Shown in pieces: positions 63,611 through 64,000 of a DNA stretch of 64,000 nucleotides. The position numbers and the translations under genes were made by a program. Location of the stretch: assembly GCA_009773755.1 (NCBI GenBank), contig WSZJ01000007.1, positions 3,493-67,492 of the forward strand. Direction: 5' to 3'. Positions within the stretch are counted from its first letter, which is position 1. The number at the start of each line of letters is the position of its first letter. The notes under the pieces are model-generated. The model saw only the letters and a list, made by a program, of their open reading frames with translations. It did not search any database and was not told where the DNA came from. This DNA comes from Planctomycetota bacterium (lineage in GTDB: Bacteria; Planctomycetota; MHYJ01; WSZJ01).

Positions 63611-64000
63611 TCAGCGCTTCGACCGGCGCACACGCTTCCCGGGGGACTTCGACTTCCTGGTGAATGCCGGCTTCACCGATTTCTTGTTTGTGGGGGACTT
63701 GCGCGCGGCCTTCGCAGGCTTTTTTTTCGCGGGAGCCGGCTGTTTCTTCGCCGCAGATCCCGGCGCCGGCGCGACCGGCTTCGCCTTCGACGTCACCATC
63801 GGCGCGTCCGCCAGCGGCGCCAGCACGACCCCCGCCGCCTTCCTCTCCGCTTCAGCTTCCGCAGCCGACTTCACGGCCGCACGCTTGTGAAGCTCGGCCT
63901 GCATCTCACGCCACGGCTCGTAGGGAATGCCAAATCCGCTCTTCAGGAACGACTCGAGCGAGTCGACCGCCCAATGCCAGAATTCCGCCTGGCGGATGCG
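63611..64000 (-). CDS. protein with Lys/Pro/Ala-rich histone-H1-like basic C-terminal tail (5' end outside the window)
   Basis: The frame stays open to the window edge (..EFWHWAVDSLESFLKSGFGIPYEPWREMQAELHK..). The C-terminus is KKQPAPAKKKPAKAARKSPTNKKSVKPAFTRKSKSPGKRVRRSKR. Confidence 0.5.
   Translation of the reverse strand, partial: RIRQAEFWHWAVDSLESFLKSGFGIPYEPWREMQAELHKRAAVKSAAEAEAERKAAGVVLAPLADAPMVTSKAKPVAPAPGSAAKKQPAPAKKKPAKAARKSPTNKKSVKPAFTRKSKSPGKRVRRSKR

Overview
High-GC bacterial chromosomal segment, almost entirely coding. The gene content suggests the PVC group or Planctomycetota (many lipobox lipoproteins, alpha/alpha-toroid repeat proteins, and a dcw cluster without ftsQAZ); this is low-confidence inference. 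Most genes lie on the minus strand.

Main blocks:
- 2.5-10.5 kb: a copper-type metal island. It holds two translationally coupled pairs of a small metal-binding lipoprotein and a TolC-like outer-membrane factor, flanking a frameshifted multicopper oxidase.
- 10.6-14.4 kb: an HDAC-family gene followed by two tandem paralogs, each split in the ORF track by two in-frame TGA codons.
- 14.5-18 kb: pdxA, FHA, yebC and an nth-like gene.
- 18-24.3 kb: the rodA-mrdA-mreD-mreC-mreB shape operon.
- 25-28.3 kb: tandem secreted toroid-repeat proteins with a C-terminal YHS domain.
- 28.6-31.8 kb: a cluster of membrane-anchored coiled-coil proteins sharing a C-terminal domain.
- 32-45 kb: lnt, moeA, coaD and assorted housekeeping genes, plus a MerR-like/VIT-vWA pair.
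- 45.3-59.7 kb: a dcw cluster (mraZ to ddl) lacking murD and ftsQAZ, carrying three extra small ORFs and a frameshifted murF.
- 60-64 kb: an ECF sigma/anti-sigma pair.

The strongest novelty candidate is the tandem pair of periplasmic thioredoxin-fold/PDZ proteins. Each reads F-R-TGA-V-P-TGA at the expected CxxC position, a putative U-x-x-U double-selenocysteine motif. Each motif is followed by a 7-bp hairpin with an AGGUG loop that shows a compensatory base-pair change between the paralogs.

The intergenic spacers carry unusual heptamer-periodic tandem repeats and a REP-like palindromic element family. No rRNA, tRNA, CRISPR array or transposase was recognised.
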